A stretch of 17,246 bases of DNA from Myxococcota bacterium (lineage in GTDB: Bacteria; Myxococcota_A; UBA796; SXON01): NCBI GenBank assembly GCA_040386535.1, contig JAZKFH010000040.1, positions 1 to 17,246 of the forward strand. Reading direction: 5' to 3'. Both the position numbers and the translations under genes were made by a program. Of the stretch, positions 8,970 to 17,246 are shown one piece after another. The notes beneath the pieces are model-generated. The model saw only the letters and a list, made by a program, of their open reading frames with translations, was not told the origin of the DNA and ran no database searches. The first letter of the stretch is position 1. Every line of letters begins with the position of its first letter.

Positions 8970-10045
8970 ACGTGCCACGCTACGAGGTGGGCGGCCTCGT
9001 CTTCACCTGGCCGTCCGAAGCGCAGATCGACGGCTACTACGCGGCGATCGTCGGGACCAACCTCTTCGACACCCTGCTCTGGAACGGCCCGTCCCACCCG
9101 CAGGAGCTGCACACCTTTTGGGCGGACCGTCGCGAGGATTACGCCGCCGGGCCCCGGCACGTCCTGAGCCTCGCCGTCATCGACCCGCGCACGGACGTGA
9201 TGATCGGGTCGGGGAGCCTGCGCCCGGTGCGGCCCGACCACGGCGTATGGGACCTCGGGTACGCGCTCGCGCCCGCCTTCCACGGGCGCGGCCACGGCAC
9301 CACGCTGGTGCGGCTGCTGGTCGACATCGCCTTCCAAGAGCGCGGCGCCACTCGGCTCGAAGCGGAGGTGTTCGTGGGGAACGACGCCTCGCGGCGCGTG
9401 TTGGAGAAGGCGGGCTTCGTGCTCGAAGACACGGCCCGGGGCGCGATCGTGAAGGGTGGGCGCCACTTCGATGCGTGGCGGTTCGCGATGGTGCGGAAGG
9501 ATTGGGACCGGCACCTTCACCTGAGCTTTCTTCGTCTTAACGCGGTGGACCGTCTCGGCCACACCGACGACACGCTGCTCGCCCACCTCCTCGGGGTCCG
9601 GTCGCTCCTTCTCGAATGGCACGTGCCGGCAGAGCTGGCGGACGCGGGGCTCTTCCATTCGGTGTACGGCACCGAGAGTTACAGGACACCCGCGTTGGCG
9701 TTGGCCCTCCGCCCCGACGTGCGCGCCCAGATCGGCGAGCGCGCCGAACACCTCGCGTACCTGTTCGGCGCCATGGAGAAGGACACGTTGTATGCGAACC
9801 TCACACGCCCGGACGGTCCCTTCCACATCGGCGACCGGTTCACCGGGCTCCCCTGCCCCCTGTCACCCACCGAGTTGTCGGACCTGTGCGTCCTGACCGT
9901 GGCGAATTGGTTGGAGCAGCGGCCGCGGGCCGGGTTGCAGCACCAACGTCTCCGCAGCGAGGAATTCGAGCGGATGCTCGGCTTCCTGCCGGAGCGGCCA
10001 CGGGCGGCGTTGATGGCGGCGTATGGGTTCTCCGCGCCGGCGTGA
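8966..10045 (+). CDS. RimJ/RimL-type GNAT acetyltransferase fused to a DUF6817-like (HD-like) domain
   Basis: Start ATG 8966; GNAT motifs LGYAL...FHGRGHGT, N.ASRRVLEKAGF..E; C-terminal H...TLLAHLLGV..LL..W......AGLFHSVYGT, R..IGERAE.LAYLF, LTVANWLEQ. Confidence 0.85.
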   Translation: MNVPRYEVGGLVFTWPSEAQIDGYYAAIVGTNLFDTLLWNGPSHPQELHTFWADRREDYAAGPRHVLSLAVIDPRTDVMIGSGSLRPVRPDHGVWDLGYALAPAFHGRGHGTTLVRLLVDIAFQERGATRLEAEVFVGNDASRRVLEKAGFVLEDTARGAIVKGGRHFDAWRFAMVRKDWDRHLHLSFLRLNAVDRLGHTDDTLLAHLLGVRSLLLEWHVPAELADAGLFHSVYGTESYRTPALALALRPDVRAQIGERAEHLAYLFGAMEKDTLYANLTRPDGPFHIGDRFTGLPCPLSPTELSDLCVLTVANWLEQRPRAGLQHQRLRSEEFERMLGFLPERPRAALMAAYGFSAPA

Positions 10046-10049
10046 CGGT

Positions 10050-11630
<1,581 letters not shown>

Positions 11631-12290
11631 CGCTCGGATGATGCCTCGGATCGAGCGGGGGTGCAGCACCCCGGTGCGGGTTCCGGTGACCTTCTTCCGG
11701 ATGGCGGGGCGGCGAAGGCGGGCCCACTCGGTCACCGGGTGTGGAGCCGCCGGGGGCGCCCCCGCGCGGACGCGGGCCGGGTCGGCTGCGGGCGAGCGGC
11801 GGAGCCGCTCGGTCGGTCGGGCGAAGCAGCGTTTCCCTCACGTCGACGTCCACGCGCCCGACCGGACCAGCCGCCTGGGGCGGCTGCCCTCCGCGCCCCT
11901 GGCGCGGCGTTTCGGTGGGTTGCCCGGCGTGGACACGCGGCGCCTCGGGTGGGGTCGGCGGCCCGACGGAGGCCGGGCCGGCCCCACTTCTTGCGGCTAT
12001 CGGGGTCATGCCCCCGCCAGTGGGCCGTTTGTGGAGCCATGTCACCCCGAGTGCACGCGGGTACCGAGCCATCGGCGGATTCACGGCGTTTGCCCGTTCC
12101 CGCCCGTGGGGCAAACCGTGGTGGCCCCTTCAAAACGTTCATTCACGCCGGCATGACTTCGAAAAAGCGGCGTTCGGAGGGGCATGGGGGGTTCCCCGGG
12201 CCGCACCCAGGTTGGCGCCCCGATCGACATCCACTTCAGCCGGTCCCACGGCGCTCCCACCGCTGGACCTGCTCCTCAGCGGGTGCCTCC

Positions 12291-12467
12291 ATCGGCCATT
12301 CACGGGGGGACCTGCGCCAGGCCCCCCGCGTTATGGCCGATCCAAAGCCCGTGATCGGCCATTCAAGGGGGGACCTGCGCCAGGCCCCCTGCCTTGTGGC
12401 CGATCCGACGCCCTCCACCGGCCATTCAAGGGGGGACCTGCGCCAGGTCCCCCGCGTTGTGGCCGAT
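12291..12467. repeat. Three nested-palindrome units (51 bp + 12-bp linker, 63-bp period), REP/BIME-like
   Basis: Units start at 12291, 12354, 12417; approximate consensus ATCGGCCAT-TCAA-GGGGGGACCTG-CGC-CAGG(T/C)CCCCC-GCGTT-(A/G)TGGCCGAT. Confidence 0.9.
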
Positions 12468-12490
12468 CGCTCCGCCGCACACCTGCGCGG

Positions 12491-12865
12491 CCGCCGCCCG
12501 CCCGCCGCGGACGCAGCGCCGGTCCACGGCGGCCCGCCCACCACCTTAAAGCCCACCCCCACCCCGCGCGAGGGGGACTGGAGGGTGGCGCGGGGCTCCC
12601 CGCATCCGATCACCACGCGATGCCCAACCGCCCGCGCCAGTCCGGCCGGCACGCAGCCGGCCGACTGCGAGCGCGACCGCCATTCCCTCCCGCCGCCCGC
12701 CCGCCGCGGACGCAGCGCCGCTCCACGGCGGCCCGCCCACCACCCTAAAGCCCACCCCCACCCCGCGCGAGGGGGACTGGAGGGTGGCGCGGGCGCCCCA
12801 GGACTCGAAAACCACGCCTCCGCCGGTCCGCCCGCGCCAGTCCGGCCGGCACCGAGCCGGCCGAC
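12491..12865. repeat. Imperfect tandem duplication, ~200-bp period, two copies
   Basis: 12491-12594 matches 12690-12793 closely; 12628-12665 matches 12828-12865; the intervening ~33 bp differs. Confidence 0.9.
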
Positions 12866-12922
12866 GGAGGGCTCACGCCCGACCCCGCAAGACCCCCGGC
12901 CCCGCAGGGGCGCGCCCCCCAC

Positions 12923-13819
12923 CTACCGCCCCCGCTTCTTCTCCCTGAACCGCGTCTCCCCATACACCGCCGCCTCCACCCACCCCTGCGGCGCGCCGTC
13001 CGCGTAGGCCATCTCGGCCTTCAGGAACAACCACGGCACGGGCCGCACGCGCACGCCCGCCGCGGCGCCGGGCAAGGTGCCGAGCCACTCGCCGCGCACC
13101 ACGGGGGTCACGACGCCGTCGGGGAGGATGTCCAGCTCGACGTGGCCGGCGAACGGCGCGTTCCAGCCGCCGGTGACCTGGGCCAGGAGCAGCACGCTGT
13201 CGAAGTCGAAGCTGGCGTCGGCCTGCGCCGCCACCGAGGGGCGATCGGGCCACGCGAACACGCCGCCGGCCACACGCACGTTGTCGCTCGTGATGCGGCC
13301 GTGCACGCCAGCAATCAGGAGTGCGGCGACGACCTGGCTCCCCACCGGCCCGAGCAGGTTCAGCCCCGCGCCCAGGTCCAGGCCCCCCAGGAAGGCCACG
13401 CCGCGGTCGCGGTCGCCGAAGCCGACCTCGGCGCCGAGGAACGAGCCCGGCAGCACGCGGCGGTCGGCCATGGACCACGTGACCAGGGCGTTGTCCCAGC
13501 CGTCCACCGCCTCGAGGCGCCACGGGGCAGGCGCGATGCCGGCCTGGAGCCACACCGGGCCGGTGTCGCCGCCCACGGTGAGCTGCTCGGGCACCAGCGC
13601 GAAGAACACGGGCGCGGGAGTGAACCCCAGCCGCGCATCGAGCGCGACCACGGCCTCGAACCCCCCGTGCACGACCGTCACGTTCCCCTCCGCCTGCCGC
13701 ATGCCGGCCTGGCCGGTCCACGCGCCGGGGGCGTGCACCACCCCCGCGGCGAGGTCCACGCCGCCGCCCAGCGTCACGTCCGCCGCGTGCGCCCCCGCCA
13801 CGATCCCGAGCAGCACCAT
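12923..13819 (-). CDS. Secreted protein, probable outer-membrane beta-barrel (porin-like)
   Basis: SD AGGGAGGAG upstream; signal peptide ending AHA-A; alternating amphipathic strands with terminal aromatics (GVRVRPVPWLFLKAEMAY, WVEAAVY). Confidence 0.7.
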   Translation of the reverse strand: MVLLGIVAGAHAADVTLGGGVDLAAGVVHAPGAWTGQAGMRQAEGNVTVVHGGFEAVVALDARLGFTPAPVFFALVPEQLTVGGDTGPVWLQAGIAPAPWRLEAVDGWDNALVTWSMADRRVLPGSFLGAEVGFGDRDRGVAFLGGLDLGAGLNLLGPVGSQVVAALLIAGVHGRITSDNVRVAGGVFAWPDRPSVAAQADASFDFDSVLLLAQVTGGWNAPFAGHVELDILPDGVVTPVVRGEWLGTLPGAAAGVRVRPVPWLFLKAEMAYADGAPQGWVEAAVYGETRFREKKRGR

Positions 13820-13975
13820 GTCTCCTCCCTGAGGTACTGTTTAGCCCTTCTCTTGCCGCGTCAAGCCTGATACGCTGACACCGCCCTTTCTCCCCCCGCC
13901 GCCGGCCACTGGTGCGCTCTCGCGGCGCGCCCTTCCACCGCCGGCACCTGGCGCCTCGACGGCCCCCGGAGCTCC

Positions 13976-16843
13976 ATGGAACCCGCGGTCGATCCCTTCC
14001 ACCCGCTGCTCCGCCTGCTCGAGCGCTACCGCAACGACGTGCACTACCTGCGGCCGCCCGCCGGCGAGCAGGCGATCCCCGAGGTCCAGAAGCACCTCGG
14101 CCGCGAGATCCCGCCGTCGCTGCTGCATTTTCTCACCCGATGGAACGGCGCGACCCTCTTCCGCGGCGCCCTGCGCGTGCGCGGCGTGGCCGACTTTGCG
14201 CCGCCGCGTCCCGACGTTCCCGAGGTGATCCTCTTCGCCGACGGCCCCAAGGACGACGATCGCTGGGGCTACGCCGCCGTGCCCGACGGCCACCACTTCG
14301 GCCGGTGGGACGGCGAGCGCCTCGTGGCCCAGCACGAACACTTCAACCGCTGGCTGCTCGCGCAGGCGCGGGTGCTCGACGAGGACCGTCGCGACGAGAG
14401 CGGCCAGCTCGAGCTCCGCATGGAGATCGACCCCGAGAACGGCCTGCTCTACTTCCTCTTCGGCGAGCAGCTCCTCGCCGAGGGTGATGGCGACGCCGCG
14501 CTCAAGGCCTTCCGCCGCGCCACCGCGCTCGCCCCCGAGACCGCCGCCGCCTGGCAGCGCCTGGGCGAGGCCCTGCTCTCCGTCGACCGCCAGCAGGCCG
14601 CCGGCGCGCTGCTCATGGCGCTCCGCCACACCAGCCTGCCCCTGCCCTACCCGGGCGCGCCCGTGGCCGACGCCGGGATCATCCGCTCGCTCGAGCACCA
14701 CTTCCCCCCGGGCGACGCCGGCTGGGAGCGCGAGCTGCACCACTTCCTCACCGAGCGCTGCACGGACATCCGCCACGCCGACGGCGCCGAGCTGTTCGAG
14801 GCCGCCTGCCTCGCGATGGTGCGCGTGCACCTGTCCCGCGGTGACCGCTCCGGCGCCCGCGACGCGCTCCAGGCCCTCCGCGACCGCGCCGCCACCTACT
14901 CGCGCGTGCCCGAGCTCCCCAACCTGCACCTCACGCTGGTCTCGCTCGACACCGACCTCGGCCACCACGACGAGGCGGAAGACAGCCTGCGCCGCCTGCG
15001 CCGCCACCCCGACGCGCAGGTGCGCGCCCGCGGCGACCTCGCGCTGGCCCGCATCGCCCTGCTCCGCGAAGAGCCCTGGGCCGAGGACATCGCGCGCGAC
15101 GCGCTCGCCGTGCTCAAGAGCCCCGCCGACCGGTGTGACGCGTGGATCCTCCTCGCCGAGAAGCGTGACGCCGGCGCGCTCGACGAGGCCGCCCGCCTCG
15201 TGAACCTCCTGGGTGACCCGGTGCGCGGCGCGCGCGTGTCCCTCCTCCGCGGCGACACGTGCCGCGACGCCGGCGATCTCCCCGCCGCCTACCAGCACTA
15301 TCTCGCGTGCGGCGCCGACCCCGAGACCCGGCTCCGCGCCGAGGTCCGCATCGGCGACCTCGCGCCCGATCCCGCCGACGCGCTGCCCCACTACGCCGCC
15401 GCCGTGTCCGGCTACCAGGAGCTCCAGCTGCCCCTGCGCGAGGCGTGGGCGCGGCTCCGGCTCGTGCGGTGCGGCGATCCCTCCCAGGCCGAGCAGGCCC
15501 AGCGCCTGTTCAAGACCGCGGGCCTCGCCGCCGGCGTCGCCGCCGCGGATACGCTCGTCGGCCGCACGGGCCAGAGCCTGACGTGGCACTTGAACCTCGC
15601 CGCGGAGCTCGCCCGCCAGCGCCACGACGCCCAGCGTCTCCGCCCGCCGCTCGGGCGCGCCGACGCCGACCGCCCCGAGCGCCGCCTCATGGCGCACCGC
15701 CGCGCGATCGGCGGTTGCGACGCGCGCATCGTCCCCATCCTCGCCGAGGACATCCTCACCGAGCTCCGTCGCCTCCAGCAGTCCGACGGCCGCGCCCGCG
15801 ATCCCGCCGCCATGCGGTTCGTGGCGGGGGTCGACCTCTTGGCCGGCCACCCCTCGTGGGAGGCCGCGCAGGTGCTCATGGGCCTGTTGCGCGAGGACGT
15901 GCAGCCCGACGTGGCCGCCCGCGCCCTCCTCGGCGCGCTCGCGCGGTCGCCCAACATGGTGCTCGTCGAGCAGCTCCTCGCCGCCCTCCGCACGCTCAAC
16001 GAGCCCCGCGCGCTCGCGTCGGTGGCCGAGGTGCTCGGGTGGCGTCGCGAGCCCGAGGCCGCCCCGCGCCTCCGCGAGCTCGCCGTCCACGGCTCCTTGC
16101 CCGTTCGCCGCGCCGCGATCACCGCCCTCGGCCGCATCGGCGACGCCGACGCCATCGATCTGATCCTGCCCGCGCTGGATGAGCCCGACCTCGCCGAGGC
16201 CGCCTCCATCGCCCTGCTCGTGCTCGGCGAGTGGCGCGGCGTCGATTTCCACGGCCAGGCCCTCGCCAGCGGCACCACCGGCCTGTCCCGCTCGCCGGGC
16301 GAGCTCGTGGGGCGTCACGGCGGCCCGTCCTACCTGTTGCTGCTGCTCTCGGTCGCCGACCGCGAGGGCCCCGAGGCGCTCGGCGCCATCCAGGGCCTCG
16401 GCCTGCTCGGCAGCGTGCGCGCCGTGCCCCGCCTCATCGAGCTCGTCGGCACGCGCGAGAGCATGAAGCAGGCCGCCGCGGCCGCCGCGCTCGAGGTCCT
16501 CACCGGCCACCGCATCGATCTCGAGGAGGCCCATCCCCGCCAGCGCTGGGACGCGTGGTGGGCCGAGCACCGCGGCCGTTTCGCCGACGGCCAACGCTGG
16601 CGCGGCGGCCATCCCCTCACCGTGCGCGCCCTCGTGGATCGCCTCGGTCACGACGATCCCCAGGTGCGCCAGACCTCCTACGACGAGCTCGTCATCACCA
16701 CCGGCGCCCCCCTCCCCTTCGACGCGGACGGCCCCTGGCGCATGCAGCTCGCCCACCGCGCCGGCTGGGCCCGCTGGTACGCCGACCACGCGCACGAGCT
16801 GCCGCAGACCGGGTGGTTGTTCCACGGGGACGGGGTGGGGTAG
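13976..16843 (+). CDS. SMI1/KNR4 (SUKH) domain protein with TPR and HEAT (PBS-lyase-like) repeats
   Basis: N-terminal PPA.EQ.I.EVQ.HLG.EIP.SL..FL..WNG SUKH signature; TPR (GEQLLAEGD.DAALKAFRRATALAPE.AAAWQRLGEAL); HEAT (VRRAAITALGRIGDADAI..ILPAL, AIQGLGLLGS.RAVPRLIEL). Confidence 0.88.
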   Translation: MEPAVDPFHPLLRLLERYRNDVHYLRPPAGEQAIPEVQKHLGREIPPSLLHFLTRWNGATLFRGALRVRGVADFAPPRPDVPEVILFADGPKDDDRWGYAAVPDGHHFGRWDGERLVAQHEHFNRWLLAQARVLDEDRRDESGQLELRMEIDPENGLLYFLFGEQLLAEGDGDAALKAFRRATALAPETAAAWQRLGEALLSVDRQQAAGALLMALRHTSLPLPYPGAPVADAGIIRSLEHHFPPGDAGWERELHHFLTERCTDIRHADGAELFEAACLAMVRVHLSRGDRSGARDALQALRDRAATYSRVPELPNLHLTLVSLDTDLGHHDEAEDSLRRLRRHPDAQVRARGDLALARIALLREEPWAEDIARDALAVLKSPADRCDAWILLAEKRDAGALDEAARLVNLLGDPVRGARVSLLRGDTCRDAGDLPAAYQHYLACGADPETRLRAEVRIGDLAPDPADALPHYAAAVSGYQELQLPLREAWARLRLVRCGDPSQAEQAQRLFKTAGLAAGVAAADTLVGRTGQSLTWHLNLAAELARQRHDAQRLRPPLGRADADRPERRLMAHRRAIGGCDARIVPILAEDILTELRRLQQSDGRARDPAAMRFVAGVDLLAGHPSWEAAQVLMGLLREDVQPDVAARALLGALARSPNMVLVEQLLAALRTLNEPRALASVAEVLGWRREPEAAPRLRELAVHGSLPVRRAAITALGRIGDADAIDLILPALDEPDLAEAASIALLVLGEWRGVDFHGQALASGTTGLSRSPGELVGRHGGPSYLLLLLSVADREGPEALGAIQGLGLLGSVRAVPRLIELVGTRESMKQAAAAAALEVLTGHRIDLEEAHPRQRWDAWWAEHRGRFADGQRWRGGHPLTVRALVDRLGHDDPQVRQTSYDELVITTGAPLPFDADGPWRMQLAHRAGWARWYADHAHELPQTGWLFHGDGVG

Positions 16844-16863
16844 CTCTCCTCCGGGATCTGGGC

Positions 16864-16900
16864 GCGACCCCGCGGCGGGGTCGGCGTCCGCCGGGGTCGC
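16864..16900. terminator. GC-rich inverted repeat just after the SMI1 gene
   Basis: CGACCCCGC-G-GCGGGGTCG (16865-16883); alternative pairing GCGACCCC/GGGGTCGC (16864-16871 with 16893-16900); no U-tract. Confidence 0.3.
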
Positions 16901-17009
16901 CCTTCGGGCTCCGTTGGCGCGTCGGCGGCCGGCCGCCGGGCGCCGAACCGGCCGCGCCCGCGCGGCCGCCCTCTGGGTGCCTCGCGCGGGGCCCGGTCGA
17001 CGGCGCCGC

Positions 17010-17246
17010 GTCCAGCAACCCCGGACCTGACCGTCAGGTGCCGAGTTGCTGGACGCCCAGTCCAGCAACGCCGAACCTGACCGGCAGGTGGCGAGTTGCT
17101 GGACGCCCAGTCCAGCAACGCCGCACCTCACCGCCAGGTGGCGAGTTGCTGGACGCCGGGTCCAGCAACGCCGGACCTGACCGGCAGGTGGCGAGTTGCT
17201 GGACGCCCAGTCCAGCAACGCCGCACCTCACCGCCAGGTGGCGAGT
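17010..17246. repeat. Tandem array of 50-bp palindromic units (at least 5, truncated by window end)
   Basis: Units at 17010, 17060, 17110, 17160, 17210: GTCCAGCAAC-(G/C)CCG(G/A/C)-ACCT(G/C)ACCG(T/G/C)CAGGT-G(G/C)CGA-GTTGCTGGAC-GCC(CA/GG). Confidence 0.95.

Noticed and set aside
11640..11850. Cobalamin riboswitch upstream of the propeller lipoprotein (AGGGAA on the minus strand near 11833-11838)
   Set aside because: No convincing CCCGCAACTGT, GCCACTG or B12-box (AGCCAGGAGACCTG) elements
12082..12130. c-di-GMP-I riboswitch (GGGCAAAC on both strands)
   Set aside because: Lacks the following GAAA tetraloop stem and GACGCAAAGC motif
12291..12467. Mini-CRISPR
   Set aside because: 12-bp linkers are too short and resemble each other; repeats are degenerate
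11661..13007. Long ORFs across the intergenic region (448, 335, 228 aa etc.)
   Set aside because: Arg/Pro/Gly-rich, no codon periodicity or recognisable domain; explained by high GC and palindromic repeats
13838..13876. Sigma70 promoters in the divergent gap (TTGACG minus; TTGCCG/TACGCT plus)
   Set aside because: -35/-10 spacings (about 15 and 12 bp) do not fit 16-18 bp
13841..17218. 1125-aa minus-strand ORF and similar antisense ORFs (3742-5544, 4437-6566, 1182-2528, 11107-12156)
   Set aside because: Shadow ORFs of genuine high-GC genes on the opposite strand
17010..17246. CRISPR array
   Set aside because: No unique spacers; units are near-identical along their length; no cas genes in the window
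17010..17246. Integron attC sites (AAC...GTT inverted cores with bulges)
   Set aside because: Units are shorter than known attC sites, do not match RYYYAAC/GTTRRRY, and have no cassettes between them

Overview
Very GC-rich bacterial window. The gene style (MopE-type D-C-D-D repeat lipoprotein, HEAT/HD-GYP pair, Asp-Thr lipoproteins) suggests Myxococcota or a related deltaproteobacterial lineage (inference). Twelve likely CDS: a DUF6483-like protein, a DUF5063-like protein, lnt, a MopE-repeat/L-type lectin lipoprotein, a coupled HEAT-like + degenerate HD-GYP pair sharing an N-terminal domain, a SAM methyltransferase, an unknown 'MSTRS..Y..DxYP' protein, a GNAT-DUF6817 fusion, an Asp/Thr-repeat beta-propeller lipoprotein, a putative outer-membrane barrel and a 955-aa SMI1/KNR4-TPR-HEAT protein. 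The most striking non-coding features are a 1.3-kb intergenic region (structured segment, three 63-bp nested palindromes, a ~200-bp tandem duplication) and a 50-bp palindromic tandem array running off the window end. The two palindromic arrays share an inner ACCTG..CAGG(T) hairpin and flank the barrel/SMI1 gene pair. Several genes look leaderless, including a bidirectional -10 element with an 8-codon Cys-Cys uORF coupled to lnt. No rRNA, tRNA, CRISPR, transposase or integrase was recognised. All family calls come from motif recognition by eye, not database searches.
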